32,894 nucleotides of DNA, taken from assembly GCA_040755115.1 (NCBI GenBank), contig JBFMBQ010000512.1, positions 4,515-37,408 on the forward strand, in the 5' to 3' direction. The notes beneath the pieces are model-generated. The model saw only the letters and a program-made list of their open reading frames with translations, did no database searches and was not told where the DNA came from. Of this stretch, positions 9,608 through 18,506 are shown piece by piece. The position numbers and the translations under genes are program-made. This DNA comes from a bacterium (GTDB lineage: Bacteria; UBP15; UBA6099; JBFMBQ01). Numbering within the stretch: position 1 is the first letter of the stretch; the number at the start of each line of letters is the position of its first letter.

Positions 9608-10162
9608 TTAGGACCGTTCGTTGATGTTAACTTCCGGTTTACCGGAAGACCGGACTATATCATCATCCAATCTGTTGAAATCAGATGTCTGGCGTATAGT
9701 CTCTGAGGATTCCTGAAACTTCTTAAGTATCTTCCCTTCGCTGTACCTGCGCTTGCCGCCGTCGTTCATCTCACGCCGTATTTCAAGAATTTTCCTTATC
9801 CCTTCTTCTGTGAGATGCTCCCCTTTTTGGATCATCTCAGCCGCCTTGCAGAACTTTGAGAAATCACGCTTCTTCTTCGCGGATAGAAAACGGTATTTCT
9901 TGAAGAACGGGATTACTTTCTCCCAAAGAGCATTGAAGTTATTTACCTCGTAATACCAGACGCCGTCTGGTCTGCTTCTCAATGTCCCGCAGCCTAAATG
10001 GCGTTTATACAGCGCGAGGATAACCTTGTCCCTTTGTGAGATATTGAAACACAGGGAGACTTTCCACGGCGTTTTGTAATCTGCGCGGGGTCTTAAGGAA
10101 ATATTGAAACTTCCTTCTCCGTCAGCGAAGCCTGCCAGATAATAACCTATCTCTGGTCTCAT
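9608..10162 (-). CDS. LAGLIDADG homing endonuclease (single-motif type) encoded in the L1917 intron
   Basis: A 184-aa protein with the motif YLAGFADGEGSF. The ORF runs through the intron 3' end and its TAA stop (9608-9610) lies inside the 14-nt micro-exon. Confidence 0.85.
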   Translation of the reverse strand: MRPEIGYYLAGFADGEGSFNISLRPRADYKTPWKVSLCFNISQRDKVILALYKRHLGCGTLRSRPDGVWYYEVNNFNALWEKVIPFFKKYRFLSAKKKRDFSKFCKAAEMIQKGEHLTEEGIRKILEIRREMNDGGKRRYSEGKILKKFQESSETIRQTSDFNRLDDDIVRSSGKPEVNINERS

Positions 10163-10309
10163 GGCTGACTCCCTTCTTCAGGTCTTTCCTGCTGATTGTC
10201 CCTATCTGACAGATTGTTACGACCCGTCCCTTGATATAACGGATGTACTGTCAGCCTGACAGGATTTTCCAGCATATAGCCAGATTTTATAACTACTGTG
10301 GTCCAAACA
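9619..10309 (-). mobile_element. Group I intron in 23S rRNA at the position equivalent to E. coli U1917 (L1917)
   Basis: A 691-nt insertion between ...GCCGTAACTAT and AACGGTCC.... The 5' exon ends in U and the intron ends in G. Core elements: P-like GGCTATATGCTGGAA (10267-10281), Q-like AATCAGCAGG (10188-10197), R-like TCAGAGACTATA (9695-9706) and S-like ATGATATAGTCC (9652-9663). Confidence 0.85.
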
Positions 10310-10929
10310 ATAGTTACGGCCGCCGTTCACTGGGGCTTCGGTCGTGGGCTTCGCCCCCCGAAAGGGGCTGACTCACTTCCTTAACCTTCCAGCACCGGGC
10401 AGGCGTCAGTCTCTATACATCGGCTTTCGCCTTAGCAGAGACCTGTGTTTTTGCTAAACAGTCGCCTGGGCCTCTTTACTGCGGCCCCCTCGGGCTAAGC
10501 AGCAGGAGTTAACCTGCCCTCTGCCCTACCGGGGCACCCCTTCTCCCGAAGTTACGGGGCGATTTTGCCTAGTTCCTTAACGAGGGTTCTCTCGCTCGCC
10601 TTAGGATATTCTCCTCGCCTACCTGTGTCGGTTTACGGTACGGTCACCTGTGCTCCTCCTTAGAGGTTTTTCCTGGCAGTATGAGTGCGGTCAGTTCGCT
10701 TTATCCGAAGATGCCGCTCCTCCTTCCCCTCAGAGTTGAATGGGCGCATGCATTTTCACGCACCCCTCCTACAGAGTTGGAACACACACTTCCATCCGTG
10801 TGATGACCTGCCCTCCTGCGTTACCCCATCAGTGCAAGCGTTGCACAGGTGGTGCTGGAATATTAACCAGCTAGCCATCGCCTACGCCTCTCGGCCTCGG
10901 CTTAGGACCGACTGACCCTGGGCGGACGA

Positions 10930-10960
<31 letters not shown>

Positions 10961-12468
10961 GATGAGATTCTCACTCATCTCTCGCTACTCGTACCGGCAT
11001 TCTCACTTCTATCCAGTCCACCAGTCCTTGCGGTCTGGCTTCACTCCACGATAGAACGCTCCCCTACCACTCCGCTCGCCGCCGCAGCGGCAAGACGAAG
11101 TCCGTGGCTTCGGTGTCAGGCTTAAGCCCCGTTACATTTTAGGCGCAGAGCCACTTGACCAGTGAGCTATTACGCACTCTTTAAATGGTGGCTGCTTCTA
11201 AGCCAACATCCTGGTTGTCTCTGTAATTCAACATCCTTCTCCACTTAGCCTGACTTAGGGACCTTAGCCGACGGTCTGGGCTGTTTCCCTCTCGACTACG
11301 GAGCTTATCCCCCGCAGTCTCACTCCCAGGGTCTCACCTGCGGTATTCGGAGTTTGATTGGGTTTGGTAACCGGTGAAGGCCCCTAGTCCATTCAGTGCT
11401 CTACCTCCGCAGGCTAAATTCCTGAGGCTGCCCTTAAAGGCATTTCGGGGAGAACCAGCTATAACCAGGCTCGGTTGGCTTTTCACCGCTATCCACAACT
11501 CATCCAAGCCCTTTTCAACGGACACTGGTTCGGACCTCCACATGGTCTTACCCATGTTTCATCCTGGTCATGGATGGATCGCCTGGCTTCGGGTCTATAG
11601 CGCACAACTGGGTCGCCCTGTTCAGACTCGCTTTCGCTCCGGCTCCGGGTTGTAACCCCTTAACCTTGCTGCGCACCATAACTCGCCGGTTCATTCTACA
11701 AAAGGCACGCTGTCAGGCATTCCGTGCGCGCCGAAACGCACATGGCATAGCCCTCCAACGGTTTGTAGGCATGCGGTTTCAGGTTCTATTTCACTCCCCT
11801 AACAGGGGTTCTTTTCGCCTTTCCCTCACGGTACTTGTCCACTATCGGTCACCAGGTAGTATTTAGCCTTGGAGGGTGGTCCCCCCAGTTTCCCAAGGGA
11901 TTTCCCGTGTCCCATGGTACTTAGGAACAGATGCCAGAGCCATTCCCCTTTCGTGCACGGGACTGTCACCCTCTATGGTGTCACTTTCCAGAGACTTGCA
12001 CTAAAGGAACGGTTTGTAACTCTGCCGCCCGGCCACAGCCGAACGCGCATCTGCCCTGCAACCCCGCAGCGACAACGCCTGTGGGCTTGACATCGCCACG
12101 GTTTAGGCTTCTCCCCGTTCGCTCGCCACTACTAAGGGAATCTCGGTTGATTTCTCTTATGCGGGGTACTGAGATGTTTCACTTCCCCCACTTCGCCTCC
12201 ACACCCTATTTTATTCAGGTGCGGATGACGGGGCATTACCCCCGCCGGGTTTCCCCATTCGGAGACCTACGGATCTAAGGATGCTCGCTCCTCCCCGTAG
12301 ATTATCGCAGCCTGCCGCGTCCTTCGTCGCCTCCCAGTGCCAAGGCATCCACCGCATGCCCTTGCTCGCTTGACCCTCATCTTTTCACTAAGATCAAAAT
12401 CTGCCTACCCACTTCTCTAGCCTATGCACTTGTCAAGGTTCGCCGGCTTTAAGCCATTTTATTCCGAT

Positions 12469-12498
12469 AAAAAAACCCCGAATAATTCGGGGCTTTTT
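12469..12498. terminator. Symmetric (bidirectional-looking) terminator-like hairpin in the 23S leader / GH38 upstream region
   Basis: aaaaaaa-ccccgaa-taa-ttcgggg-c-ttttt. The stem is 7 bp, flanked by an A-run and a T-run. Its role is unclear because it lies between the candidate promoter and the 23S 5' end. Confidence 0.4.
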
Positions 12499-12606
12499 CC
12501 CAAGTTATACCACCGAACTATTCCTCTAATAAATAAACTTCCTCTGGTTTGTTGCTCTGGTGTTCAATATCAGGCTTTTCCTCAACTCCTTCTTTTTACT
12601 ACATAT

Positions 12607-12635
12607 AATTTAACCACATCTGAAAAATTAGTCAA
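12607..12635 (-). promoter_or_regulatory. Candidate sigma70-type promoter with an AT-rich upstream tract, pointing towards 23S
   Basis: The minus strand reads TTGACT-N17-TAAATT, preceded by aaaaaaaaatttttttaattgta (UP-element-like). It lies about 230 nt upstream of the 23S 5' end. Confidence 0.35.
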
Positions 12636-12903
12636 TACAATTAAAAAAATTTTTTTTTGACACAGAATAACTTTTATAAACAGGCAATTGAATGAATTAA
12701 AAACTTTGGTTTCGTTTTTTGCTTTCGTTCTGTCCGCGGCAGGATAAGGCGACAGATATTGAATCTCATTATTGTTTATTAATTTATTAATTGGTGCAAT
12801 ATATGCTTCCGATACATGTTAAAATAAGCGGGCGGGAAAACCGGCTCTCGTTGAGCGGTTGCGGGGCTCTAATCGCAGTTCGGGGTTCGCAAATCAAATA
12901 ATA

Positions 12904-15900
12904 ATGAAGAAGAGGTGCCCAATGCGTAAAATAATTACGACAACAATTTTATATTCGCTGATTATCTTCTCTGCTTTCGTTATGTCAAATGTGAATATCA
13001 CCGCTAAAGACGGCACGCCAAAGCACCGCTCTTTCATCATACCCCATTTTCACTACGACCCTGTCTGGACGAACAGTCAGGCGGGCGAAACGATGCGCGC
13101 CTTCTCCATCCTTCATCAGGTTCTGGAATTCCTGCCCACAGACGAGCGCACGAAATTCGTCCTCTGCGAAGTGGATTACCTCAAACCTTACTGGGACGCC
13201 TATCCCCGTAACCGCAAGCCGCTCCTTGACTTCATCGCCGCAAACCGCATTGAGTTGACAGGCGGCTACAGCGAGCCGGACGAGGCAAGCGTCGGCGGCG
13301 AGGCGCTTATCCGCAATTTCATCTACGGCAAGATTTTCAAGGAAGCCGCTTTCGGCACACAGGTTGAAGTCGGTGCGCAGCACGATGTGTTCGGTCACGC
13401 TGTCCAGTTGCCGCAGATTCTGCTCAAAACAGGCCACACCGCCGCACAGTTCTCACGCGGCAACCTCACCGATCTGCCTCACGATTTCCTCTGGCTCGCT
13501 CCCGACGGCTCCTCCATACTCGCAAAACAGATCGGCTACGGCGGCACCGCAGCAACCACTCTCCTTGAGGCGCGCGACCTCTCATTATACAAACTCCACG
13601 GCAATGCGATGTTTATGTCGGGCGGCGATTTCTCCGAACCCGACCGAACAATCAGCAAGTTCATTAAAAAAACCAAATCCTTTGAAGTCATCGTCGGCAC
13701 TCACCGCGATTATTTCAACGCCGTGCGCACCGCGATCAAAGAACGCGGCATAGTCATGCCGGAAGTATCGCGCGACCACACCCCGCTGCTGCCGGGCTGC
13801 TATTCATCGCGCACTGACACGAAACTCGCAAACCGCTGGAACGAAATCACCCTCGCCGACGCCGAAAAGTTCGCCTCCATCGCCACACGCCTCGGCGCGC
13901 TCTACCCCCACGCCGCTCTGGACAAAGCCTGGCGGCTCCTCCTCTTCGGGCAGCACCACGACGCCCTCACCGGCAGCGATACCGAAAATGTAAATCTTGA
14001 CCTCCTCACCGCTTGGCGCGAATCGCTCTCTCTCGCCTCATCCGTCCGCGATAATGCCCTCAAACTCATAACCGCAAACATTGATACAAAATCCTCAGCG
14101 CCCTCAAATGCCATCCCCGTCGTCATCTTCAACAGCCTCAACTGGGATCGCTCCGAACCCGTCAACCTTTCAATTCCTCTTACAACGCCTGCCAACGGTT
14201 TCAATCTCGTTGATTCCGAAGGCAGCCCCGTGCCTTTCCAACTCGCCTGGAACGCAGGCGCGCCGCCCTACAAACGGGCGGACATCCTCTTCATCGCCGC
14301 TGTTCCCTCTCTCGGTTACGCCGCCTACTACCTTGTCCCATCCGACAATATGCCCAAGGATGTAATCCCAAAACGCACTGACGGCACAACCGCCGAAAAC
14401 GATTTCTTCACCATAAAAGTTGACCCCGCCCGCGGCGGCGGCATCGTAAGCCTCTATGGAAAAACGGAACAGAAAGAATACATCAATCCGCAAACCGGCG
14501 TCGGCAACGAAATTTTCGCCATCAAAGAAAACAACGCAAAGGTGGAAGGTCCTTGGAGCATCCATTCAACAGGACAGGTGTGGCGCTCCAGCGATTACCC
14601 GGCAGAAAAAGTGCAGGTTGAATCAGGTCCAATTGCTGCGCGCATCATTGTTAATGGTGCGCCGCAAACTGACAAAGTCAAAATCTACGATGGAAACGAC
14701 ATGCTTCTTCAGACGAAAAACGAAGATGTCCTCTGCCGCCGAACACAGGAAATAATCCTCTACAAAAATCTCCGCCGCATTGATTTCCGCACGCACCTGA
14801 TTGATTTCAAAGAAACGGATTATCTCTATAAAGTCGGCTTTCCGGCATCCGTCAGCGGCGCACTCCCTGTCTTCGGCGAACGCTTCGCAGCAGTCGGACG
14901 CGACAAAAACACCGAAAAGTTCATGTTTTACGATTTCTGGCGCGAACCCGGCGTAAAGCGCGGGCGCGAATACCCCGCCTATATGTGGATGGATTTCACC
15001 TCGCCCGCACGCCTTGAATTTACTGACGGAAAAGGCGATGTGAAAACCTCGTTTGCGCTCGCTATCGGAGAACTCGTTATTCCGGACGACGATGCTGTGC
15101 GCAGCCTCTCCAACCAACTCGCACGCGCCTTCGCAAGAAAAGGCGTTACAACAACGCCGACCGACGACAAAAAACAACGCACGAACGAATACTACGGCTT
15201 TCGCATCACGCTCGGCGCAGAAAACAACGCATACACCAATAAATTAGTTGAAAGTTTATCCTCAAATGCACACGACACCCTCACCACTCAACTTGATAAA
15301 CAGGGCTACGCCTTCCTGTTCGTCCAGCCGGCGGATTCGGTAACCGCAACCGAAGACCGCAAACCTATCCCGGTGCTGATCGTAGAAGCAAAAGACGCCG
15401 CAAAACTTCAAGAAGCCGTCAGTCTTCTCACGGCGCAACTTGAGAAGGACGGCAATATCAGACTTGTGGAAAATGTGAACGCCGCAAGCATAACGGGCAC
15501 GATAGAACCATTCGGCATAGCGCTACTTGACCGCGGGCACACGGGTTACAGCGTGGAAAACAACGACACCCTCACGATGACATTGATGAGAAGTTCCACC
15601 GGCTCGCCTTCCGGACGCCTCTACTCACGCAACCTTGAAGTTGAAAACTGGAACCACATCTATGAATACAGTCTCGTCCCGCACACAGGCGACTGGCGCT
15701 CGGCAAAGATTTACCGCACAGGTTGGGAATTCAATCATTCCCTCTACCCCGTAACCACCCGGCAGCACGGTGGGGAATTGCCAGCCGTTAAATCGTTCCT
15801 GTCCACTCAGGGCACAGACGCCGTCATCACTGCGCTTAAACCCGCTGGCTTCCCATTCGTTGCCAGTGAACCCGATGCAACTTCCACATCCCCCGACACC

Positions 15901-17247
15901 TTCGCCGTAAGGTTTTACGAGCCGACCGGCTTCGCATCCGCAGGTGAACTGCAATTCTATGAACCGATAAAATCCGTTGCCCAGACAGATATGATTGAAA
16001 ATCCTGTAAAATCATCTCTGCCACTCACGCAGGACGGCTTTGAACTCACTCTGAATCCTTTTGAAATTAACACATATCTGATAAACATCGCTTCCGAACC
16101 TGTAAAAACCGCTGTCCCGCTCGCACCCGATTCCGAACAATTCGCACCCGTTTTCACTCGCTACTGGGAAACAAATCAGAATACCGCATCAATGCGAAAC
16201 CAGCCGGTTACGGTGGTAATAGAACCGGGTATGTTCTCGCCTGATAATAGAGAAATGAAGATAAAGGTTACCGTTGCAAGCAATTTAATGAAAAACGATG
16301 TTTCAGGCTCTGTTCGTCTTATAACACCGTCGGGGGTAACGGCTGACGAGCAGGACATCAACACCGACGCACTGAAGCCGGGCGAGGTGCGGGAATATAC
16401 TGTAACGCTTTCAGGCGTTGATGTGAAAAAATTACCCGATCACTACATTTCGGCGCTATTCCACGCGGAAGATGCTTCGTCCGAAGATGTATTGACATTC
16501 AGCAACTGGAAGGTTCACGAGGGCGACCCCGCAGGCGCGGAATCGCCCGAATACAACGACTCCGCATGGAAAACGCTCCCGCTCGCACGCTTCTGGAGCG
16601 AAGGCTTCGCCGCAACCGCCGGCGCCGTTAAATGGTACCGAAGACGGTTTGTAATCCCGAAAGGAATGGGCGATATGCAGATGTTCTACGAGCGCAAACC
16701 CGGCGCGGACATCACCGTTTACATCAACGGCGACCGCGTCCAGAAGTCCGCAGACGGCTACCAAGTCAGCCCGCTGATACATTCAGGAAAGATACGCTAC
16801 GGCGAAGAGAACCTCATAGCAATCCGTGTCGGCGGCGGAACTGCCGGCGCTGACGATGCCGCCATGTGGGGCACCGCCTTCCTCGGATCAGAAACCCTTT
16901 TCAACAACCATGTATGGAGCACCCCTGAGCTGGAAGTCCGCATCCCGCGGGGCAGTCAGGGCGAACTGAAGGTGCTCTTCCGCAACCCTTACGATCAGCC
17001 GCTTGATGGTGTCGCAGTGCTTGTAAGCCCGATAGAAACATGGACGGAGGGCGGTCCGCACAGCCTCATCAGAACCGCGCCACTGGCAAAATCCTTTCAC
17101 GCAGACCCGCTCGCAGAAGTCCCCGTTTTCTTCTCTGTGGATGTGCCCGCTGACGCCGACCCGGGCAGCCACATCGTCGCCGTCAAATTCATCTATAACA
17201 ACATCCCTGCCTACAGCGCTCCCGTTGATATAATCGTTGAACCCTGA
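12904..17247 (+). CDS. Glycoside hydrolase family 38 alpha-mannosidase with a long C-terminal extension (galactose-binding-like and beta-sandwich regions), secreted
   Basis: The N-terminal GH38 core has IIPHFHYDPVWTN, GGYSEPDEA and QHDVFGH. The C-terminal part contains DSAWKTLPLA...VKWYRRRF, like sugar-binding jelly-roll domains. ATG 12904 (or ATG 12922, with AGAGG upstream) is preferred to the listed TTG at 12859. A signal/anchor TTTILYSLIIFSAFVMS is present. Confidence 0.85.
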   Translation: MKKRCPMRKIITTTILYSLIIFSAFVMSNVNITAKDGTPKHRSFIIPHFHYDPVWTNSQAGETMRAFSILHQVLEFLPTDERTKFVLCEVDYLKPYWDAYPRNRKPLLDFIAANRIELTGGYSEPDEASVGGEALIRNFIYGKIFKEAAFGTQVEVGAQHDVFGHAVQLPQILLKTGHTAAQFSRGNLTDLPHDFLWLAPDGSSILAKQIGYGGTAATTLLEARDLSLYKLHGNAMFMSGGDFSEPDRTISKFIKKTKSFEVIVGTHRDYFNAVRTAIKERGIVMPEVSRDHTPLLPGCYSSRTDTKLANRWNEITLADAEKFASIATRLGALYPHAALDKAWRLLLFGQHHDALTGSDTENVNLDLLTAWRESLSLASSVRDNALKLITANIDTKSSAPSNAIPVVIFNSLNWDRSEPVNLSIPLTTPANGFNLVDSEGSPVPFQLAWNAGAPPYKRADILFIAAVPSLGYAAYYLVPSDNMPKDVIPKRTDGTTAENDFFTIKVDPARGGGIVSLYGKTEQKEYINPQTGVGNEIFAIKENNAKVEGPWSIHSTGQVWRSSDYPAEKVQVESGPIAARIIVNGAPQTDKVKIYDGNDMLLQTKNEDVLCRRTQEIILYKNLRRIDFRTHLIDFKETDYLYKVGFPASVSGALPVFGERFAAVGRDKNTEKFMFYDFWREPGVKRGREYPAYMWMDFTSPARLEFTDGKGDVKTSFALAIGELVIPDDDAVRSLSNQLARAFARKGVTTTPTDDKKQRTNEYYGFRITLGAENNAYTNKLVESLSSNAHDTLTTQLDKQGYAFLFVQPADSVTATEDRKPIPVLIVEAKDAAKLQEAVSLLTAQLEKDGNIRLVENVNAASITGTIEPFGIALLDRGHTGYSVENNDTLTMTLMRSSTGSPSGRLYSRNLEVENWNHIYEYSLVPHTGDWRSAKIYRTGWEFNHSLYPVTTRQHGGELPAVKSFLSTQGTDAVITALKPAGFPFVASEPDATSTSPDTFAVRFYEPTGFASAGELQFYEPIKSVAQTDMIENPVKSSLPLTQDGFELTLNPFEINTYLINIASEPVKTAVPLAPDSEQFAPVFTRYWETNQNTASMRNQPVTVVIEPGMFSPDNREMKIKVTVASNLMKNDVSGSVRLITPSGVTADEQDINTDALKPGEVREYTVTLSGVDVKKLPDHYISALFHAEDASSEDVLTFSNWKVHEGDPAGAESPEYNDSAWKTLPLARFWSEGFAATAGAVKWYRRRFVIPKGMGDMQMFYERKPGADITVYINGDRVQKSADGYQVSPLIHSGKIRYGEENLIAIRVGGGTAGADDAAMWGTAFLGSETLFNNHVWSTPELEVRIPRGSQGELKVLFRNPYDQPLDGVAVLVSPIETWTEGGPHSLIRTAPLAKSFHADPLAEVPVFFSVDVPADADPGSHIVAVKFIYNNIPAYSAPVDIIVEP

Positions 17248-17259
17248 TCATCAGCATAA

Positions 17260-17287
17260 AAATCCGTTTATATCCGTGAAATCCGTG
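17260..17287 (+). repeat. Phased short repeat AATCCGT(G) x3, about 10-bp period, just downstream of the GH38 stop
   Basis: aaatccgttt atatccgtga aatccgtg. ATCCGT occurs at 17262, 17272 and 17281. Confidence 0.6.
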
Positions 17288-17371
17288 CCCGAAAATTAGT
17301 CTTTGTTCGCAACTTTGCCTGCATACTTTAAGCAGGGATGTCCCCAGTAGAAAAACACCCAATTTTTGTAG

Positions 17372-17400
17372 GGCGCGGTTGCCGCACCGCGCCGTGTTTT
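17372..17400 (+). terminator. Terminator-like hairpin formed by a REP-like unit between convergent genes
   Basis: ggcgcggt-tgccgc-accgcgcc followed by gtgtttt. It is part of tgtagggcgcggttgccgcaccgcgcc (17367-17393). Confidence 0.45.
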
Positions 17401-17455
17401 AAGAAAACAGCGTTGTATTAGCAGCAGGCAGCGGGCAGGGAAAAAACTATTTTCT

Positions 17456-18457
17456 TCACTTTCTCATTTCCCTCTTAATCTTTAATTCTGACACTCGACT
17501 CATTATTCGTTTTCTATCCTGCAATGTGTTCCTTTCCCAAAAAACCCCGTCGTCGTAGCCCTGTATTGTCTTGTCTTTCTCGGCAAGATGCAGCCGCTTT
17601 TCTGCAAGGCAGCAGTAAATTTCGTCAATCTCAACGCCAGCGTATCGCCTGCCGAGTTTTTTCGCAACGACGGATGTTGTGCCGGAGCCTGAAAACGGGT
17701 CAAAAACGAAATCGCCTTCATTGGAACTTGCGAGAATGATTTTTGCAAGGAGTTTTTCAGGTTTCTGTGTCGGGTGGTCTGTGTTTTCAGGCATTGACCA
17801 GAAGGGAATGGTCATGTCGTTCCAGATGTTAGACGGATGCGTCAGGCGGAAGCCGCCATCATCGCTCTTCTCCCAGTCTTTGGGCATCCTGTTTTCGTCT
17901 GTATAAGGTGCAATTACCCTTCGCTTAAGTTTCACCGCATCAATGTTGAAAGTGTATTTATCCGACTTCGTGCAGAACCATATATCTTCCGAACAGTTCT
18001 TCCAGTTTGACTTTGCCCCTCTGCCCTTCTCGCGTTCCCAGGTGATGCGGTTTCGGATGATCAGATGATGTCTTTCAAGGACTCTGTGAATTGCGGCTGA
18101 CGAGCGCCAATCGCCGCAGATATACACCGATGCGGTGGGCTTGAGAACATTTATAAGTTTTGGAAACCATTTTTCAAACCATTCTTCATATTCCACTGTC
18201 GTCATTTCTTTGAACTGATTTGAACTGAATGATTTTGTGATGTTGTAAGGTGGATCAATAAAGAGAAGATCAACGAAATTTGCGGGGAGAAAATTCAGTA
18301 TTTCAAAAAGATTCTGGCAGATTGTTTTGTTTTCAATATCTCTGGTTTCAACTTTGCGGGTAAGTTTAATCAGTTTTCTGCCGAAAAATTTCTTCTCTGC
18401 GGGCGTGAGCGAGACAGTCCTGTTTCGCGGCGCGCGGGTTTTTTCTTTATTGTTCAT
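17456..18457 (-). CDS. Site-specific DNA methyltransferase, beta-class N6-adenine/N4-cytosine family (DPPY type), no cognate nuclease nearby
   Basis: Motif IV LLFIDPPYNI precedes motif I FDPFSGSGTTSVVA, the beta-class permutation of the N6_N4 MTase family. HPTQKPEKLL is also present. Confidence 0.85.
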   Translation of the reverse strand: MNNKEKTRAPRNRTVSLTPAEKKFFGRKLIKLTRKVETRDIENKTICQNLFEILNFLPANFVDLLFIDPPYNITKSFSSNQFKEMTTVEYEEWFEKWFPKLINVLKPTASVYICGDWRSSAAIHRVLERHHLIIRNRITWEREKGRGAKSNWKNCSEDIWFCTKSDKYTFNIDAVKLKRRVIAPYTDENRMPKDWEKSDDGGFRLTHPSNIWNDMTIPFWSMPENTDHPTQKPEKLLAKIILASSNEGDFVFDPFSGSGTTSVVAKKLGRRYAGVEIDEIYCCLAEKRLHLAEKDKTIQGYDDGVFWERNTLQDRKRIMSRVSELKIKREMRK

Positions 18458-18461
18458 TTAT

Positions 18462-18500
18462 CAGATTTCCAGACGCAGATTTTCGCAGATTTACACGGAT
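18462..18500 (-). repeat. Phased short repeat AAATC(C/T)G(T/C)G x3-4, about 10-bp period, just downstream of the yqeY stop
   Basis: The minus strand reads atccgtgt aaatctgcga aaatctgcgt ctggaaatctga. Confidence 0.6.
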
Positions 18501-18506
18501 TTTGCA

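Noticed and set aside
12431-12436. A perfect TTGACA on the minus strand about 55 nt upstream of the 23S 5' end, as a possible rRNA promoter
   Set aside because: No acceptable -10 hexamer lies at 16-18 nt spacing (AGTGGG and neighbours), so I could not support it as a promoter.
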